IMG/VR virus record: IMGVR_UViG_3300009177_000001 | Strand: one strand, 5' to 3' | Length of the DNA: 64,000 nucleotides | Source: an uncultured virus (IMG/VR IMGVR_UViG_3300009177_000001) | Lineage: Duplodnaviria > Heunggongvirae > Uroviricota > Caudoviricetes | In this document: positions 61,262 through 64,000 of the stretch, in pieces | Position numbering within the stretch: position 1 is the stretch's first letter | How the letters are laid out: each line of letters opens with the position of its first letter | Notes under the pieces: model-generated | Seen by the model: only the letters and a program-made list of their open reading frames with translations | What the model was told of the DNA's origin: nothing | Database searches by the model: none | Position numbers and translations under genes: made by a program

Positions 61262-61909
61262 ATGAGACGCATTCTGCTCCTGGTACTGCTCACCGCCACA
61301 ACGTCGTTGGTTTCTCCTGTCTACGCGCACGACCACAACCACCCGATGCCCGTGGCAATCAAGGCTCGGACGCCCCAGGCCATCGAGTTCCGCAACAACA
61401 TGCGCCGCGTGTGGGAGGACCACATCGTGTGGACGCGCAACGTAATCCTGAGCTTCGCGCACGAGCTGCCCGACAAGGCAGCGGTGGTCGAGCGGCTGCT
61501 GAATAACCAGGTCGATATCAGCGCGCTGTTTCAGCCGCACTACGGCTCGGCCAACGCAGCGACGCTCGCCAGCTTGCTGAAGGATCACATCGTGATCGCC
61601 GCCGACATCCTCACCGCTGCAAAGGCCGGAGACAACGACGCCGTGGGCAAAGCCGTAGTGCGCTGGCAGGCGAACGCCGATGACATCTCCACGTTTCTGG
61701 CCAAGCTCAACCCACGAAACTGGCCGTTGGCGGAGATGAAGCCGATGATGCGTGAGCATCTGGACTTGACCCTCAAAGAAGCGGTGGCGCGCCTGCAGGG
61801 CAACTTCGCGGGCGACATCGCGGCCTACGAAGAGGTGCACGACGCCATCCTGATGATGGCGGACACGCTGTCGTTGGGAATCATCGCGCAGCGCCCGGCA
61901 GCGTTCTAA
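61262..61909 (+). CDS. secreted His-containing helical-bundle protein
   Basis: Signal peptide ending VYA; MRRVWEDHIVWTR, LLKDHI, MMREHL. Confidence 0.75.
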   Translation: MRRILLLVLLTATTSLVSPVYAHDHNHPMPVAIKARTPQAIEFRNNMRRVWEDHIVWTRNVILSFAHELPDKAAVVERLLNNQVDISALFQPHYGSANAATLASLLKDHIVIAADILTAAKAGDNDAVGKAVVRWQANADDISTFLAKLNPRNWPLAEMKPMMREHLDLTLKEAVARLQGNFAGDIAAYEEVHDAILMMADTLSLGIIAQRPAAF

Positions 61910-61926
61910 CACGGTGGTGTTCGGCG

Positions 61927-61970
61927 GCTGAACCGGTACGTAGGACGAGCGCCCCGCGTACCGGTTCAGC
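61927..61970. repeat. perfect 14-bp inverted repeat
   Basis: GCTGAACCGGTACG-N16-CGTACCGGTTCAGC. Confidence 0.8.
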
Positions 61971-61973
61971 ATC

Positions 61974-62567
61974 ATGAAAGGAATCCAGACTATGGAGCAC
62001 GACACCTTCGAGCGCGACTACTGGGGTGACTGCACCAACACCTTCGACGAGGAGCAGAAGCACTACACGTACGCGCGCTACATGGGCATTCCGCAGGTCG
62101 GGTACGCGTTCGACGCGCGTGGCAAGAGCGTGCTCGACATCGGCGGTGGCCCCGTGTCGATGCTGCTGAAGTGCAAGAACGTGCGTGGCAGCTTCGTGAT
62201 CGACCCGCTGGTCGAGAGCTACCCGCCGTGGGTCATCGATCGCTACGGTACTAAAGGCATTGCCTGTCAGGCGCGGCGTGGAGAAGACGTGCAAGAAGCC
62301 TTCCTCGAAGCGCCATTCGACGAAGCGTGGATCTACAACGTCCTCCAGCACACCGACGACCCGGCGAAGGTGGTAGCGAACGCCAAGGCCGTGGCGCCCG
62401 TGCTGCGCATCTTCGAGTGGGTGGACATACCGCCGCACGAGGGACACCCGCACATGCTCACGGCGCCGGCGCTACAGGAGTGGATCGGCGCGCGGGGGAA
62501 CGTGGTGCAGCTCAACGAGCGCGGCTGCACGGGGAAGGCGTTCTACGGGTGCTTTCGCCACCGTTGA
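61974..62567 (+). CDS. class I SAM-dependent methyltransferase
   Basis: VLDIGGGP, IDPL, FDEAWIYNVLQH; start may be ATG 61992. Confidence 0.85.
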   Translation: MKGIQTMEHDTFERDYWGDCTNTFDEEQKHYTYARYMGIPQVGYAFDARGKSVLDIGGGPVSMLLKCKNVRGSFVIDPLVESYPPWVIDRYGTKGIACQARRGEDVQEAFLEAPFDEAWIYNVLQHTDDPAKVVANAKAVAPVLRIFEWVDIPPHEGHPHMLTAPALQEWIGARGNVVQLNERGCTGKAFYGCFRHR

Positions 62568-62812
62568 AGGTTGGAGATCCAATTACGCTGTGCTGGATAG
62601 ATGCCCCCAACCACGTCGTCATGCACGCCCGCGTCGGGTGCATCCATCCGCCGGGCGGCTTGTTCCCTAACATGTTCGAGACCGAGGCGGTCAACGCTAC
62701 GTATTATATCAGGTACCTGTCAGGCGAGAATCGCACCTGGATCCGTGGCCACCATCCCCCTGACTCCGAAGCTTGCCGCGCAGTCATAGCCGCCGCTATT
62801 CTCACCACATGA
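62564..62812 (+). CDS. GDP-TWIRG family member 17
   Basis: LKVGDPITLCW ... ENRTWIRGHHPPDSEACRAVIAAAIL; TTGA and ATGA overlaps; lower GC. Confidence 0.8.
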   Translation: MKVGDPITLCWIDAPNHVVMHARVGCIHPPGGLFPNMFETEAVNATYYIRYLSGENRTWIRGHHPPDSEACRAVIAAAILTT

Positions 62813-63480
62813 ACGACATCGGAACCATCGGTGACCCTCAAGGCGAGCCTGACGTCCAGTTCTGGGCGCGGCAGTTCTCGGAACACGCGCTCTTCTTCCA
62901 GCTCGGGATCGACAACCCGGCGCTGAAGGCCGACGCGAAAGCGCTGCACGAAGCGTGGGAACGCGTGCGAACACCTACGCTCACGCTCTCGACGACGCTA
63001 ATGCTCGCGCAGGAGCTTCGCGCCTACAAGATGGAGCTGGGCGACCGGCTGAACCGCGGCGAGTGGCTCGGCTGGATCTTTCCGACCTTCGTGGATCACA
63101 CCCGTCGCGAGCTGGACTTGTTCGTCGCGCACGCCACCACGGCCGTGCCGGCGAGCGTGGACTGCGAAGCGTGGCTCCGTTTCATGGCGGAGCACGCCGC
63201 CTTCGCGGCCCATCTGATGGACCCTGTGGAAGCCCGTCGGATTCGCATGGCGCTGGAGTTCGTCGGGAACTTCACGCGGCTCACCCGCGGCTGCGGCGTC
63301 GGGGTGAACACGCAGCTGCTCTCACTCTCGAAGCGCGCCGGCGACGGGCTCGACAAGTTCATGGTGGGACAGGTGGCGAAGGCGAAAGGCATCATCCACC
63401 CGGTGCTGGCCACGCACGTGGTGCGCGAGGGCCGGCGCTTCCTGCGCACGGTGAACATGCTGCGGGGGCACCACGGGTGA
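62809..63480 (+). CDS. DUF2935-like protein (two repeats)
   Basis: FWARQFSEHALF..DHTRRE and WLRFMAEHAAF..THVVRE. Confidence 0.8.
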   Translation: MNDIGTIGDPQGEPDVQFWARQFSEHALFFQLGIDNPALKADAKALHEAWERVRTPTLTLSTTLMLAQELRAYKMELGDRLNRGEWLGWIFPTFVDHTRRELDLFVAHATTAVPASVDCEAWLRFMAEHAAFAAHLMDPVEARRIRMALEFVGNFTRLTRGCGVGVNTQLLSLSKRAGDGLDKFMVGQVAKAKGIIHPVLATHVVREGRRFLRTVNMLRGHHG

Positions 63481-63710
63481 GTTCGACGGACTACTACGGG
63501 CGCTGCACGCCGGAGGAGCACTGGGCGTACCTGGCGCCGGACATGTACGAGAAGCTGTGGCTGTGGACCGACGAGGAGCTGCTCAAGCGTGTCGGCGACG
63601 AGTACCGGGCGCGCGTGCTGGCCGCTAAGCCCGGCGACTGGATCGGGATGCATGACGGGATCGCCGTTAGGCTACGCGAGATGCTGGTGCCAGAAGACGA
63701 CGAGCCGTGA
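63477..63710 (+). CDS. hypothetical protein
   Basis: GTGA overlap. Confidence 0.5.
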   Translation: MSSTDYYGRCTPEEHWAYLAPDMYEKLWLWTDEELLKRVGDEYRARVLAAKPGDWIGMHDGIAVRLREMLVPEDDEP

Positions 63711-63711
63711 A

Positions 63712-64000
63712 CTACGCCCAGATCGCGCCGCCCGCCGTACTGTCCACCTGTGGTACGGTGGCCGACGACACGCCATTGAGCTGAAACGGCGCCGGATCTG
63801 TCGTCGTTGCCGTGACACCAGCGGCGCCGTACACCACGGCGCGATTGGCGGTAATGAGCTTGCCCGTCATACCGCTGCCGACGACGGACTCCAGCTGCAG
63901 CGTAGAGGCGAAGTCGGCACCCACCGGCGCGGTCGATCCGAGGTCGAAGAACACGAGCGTGCCAGCGGCGCCGATCACACCACCGTGGCGCACGGCAAGC
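63712..64000 (-). CDS. 3' end of a Gly/Ala/Thr-rich, probably structural gene truncated by the window edge
   Basis: Frame appears open from the window edge to the stop at 63712. Confidence 0.5.
   Translation of the reverse strand, partial: LAVRHGGVIGAAGTLVFFDLGSTAPVGADFASTLQLESVVGSGMTGKLITANRAVVYGAAGVTATTTDPAPFQLNGVSSATVPQVDSTAGGAIWA

Noticed and set aside
1358..62812. Diversity-generating retroelement as the source of family variation
   Set aside because: No reverse transcriptase in the window, no template/variable repeat pair, and differences are not adenine-specific. An RT outside the window cannot be excluded.
1..64000. tRNA, rRNA and IS elements
   Set aside because: No cloverleaf, rRNA-like stretch or transposase seen in the few intergenic gaps; a tRNAscan/Rfam run would be needed to be certain.

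Overview
GC-rich, densely coded segment that reads as part of a bacteriophage (or phage-plasmid) genome: long co-directional runs of short ORFs coupled by GTGA/ATGA/TGATG overlaps, a full replication/recombination set (DUF3987 ATPase, SNF2 helicase, Cas4-like exonuclease, Sak4-like ATPase, SSB-like protein, 3'-5' exonuclease, UDG-PolA fusion, RecD/Dda-like helicase, RepB-like primase), a dNTP-metabolism block (tmk, HAD deoxyribonucleotidase, MazG-like, thyX), three HNH endonucleases, a Dam-type methylase, ParB-like and tyrosine-recombinase genes, and an amino-sugar/glycosyltransferase trio beside a Thr-rich collagen-like fibre. I recognised no capsid, terminase, portal, tRNA, rRNA or CRISPR array. 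The most striking unexplained feature is a family of 17 small paralogous genes at 7 loci. They share an N-terminal (V/I)GD(P/H)(I/V)T box and a C-terminal EGxTW(I/V)RG(HH/W)xx(D/E)SExxRAL(L)AA box around a middle that does not align by eye. All family names come from motifs read by eye; no database search was run. Many starts were moved downstream of the ORF track to fit overlaps or promoters.
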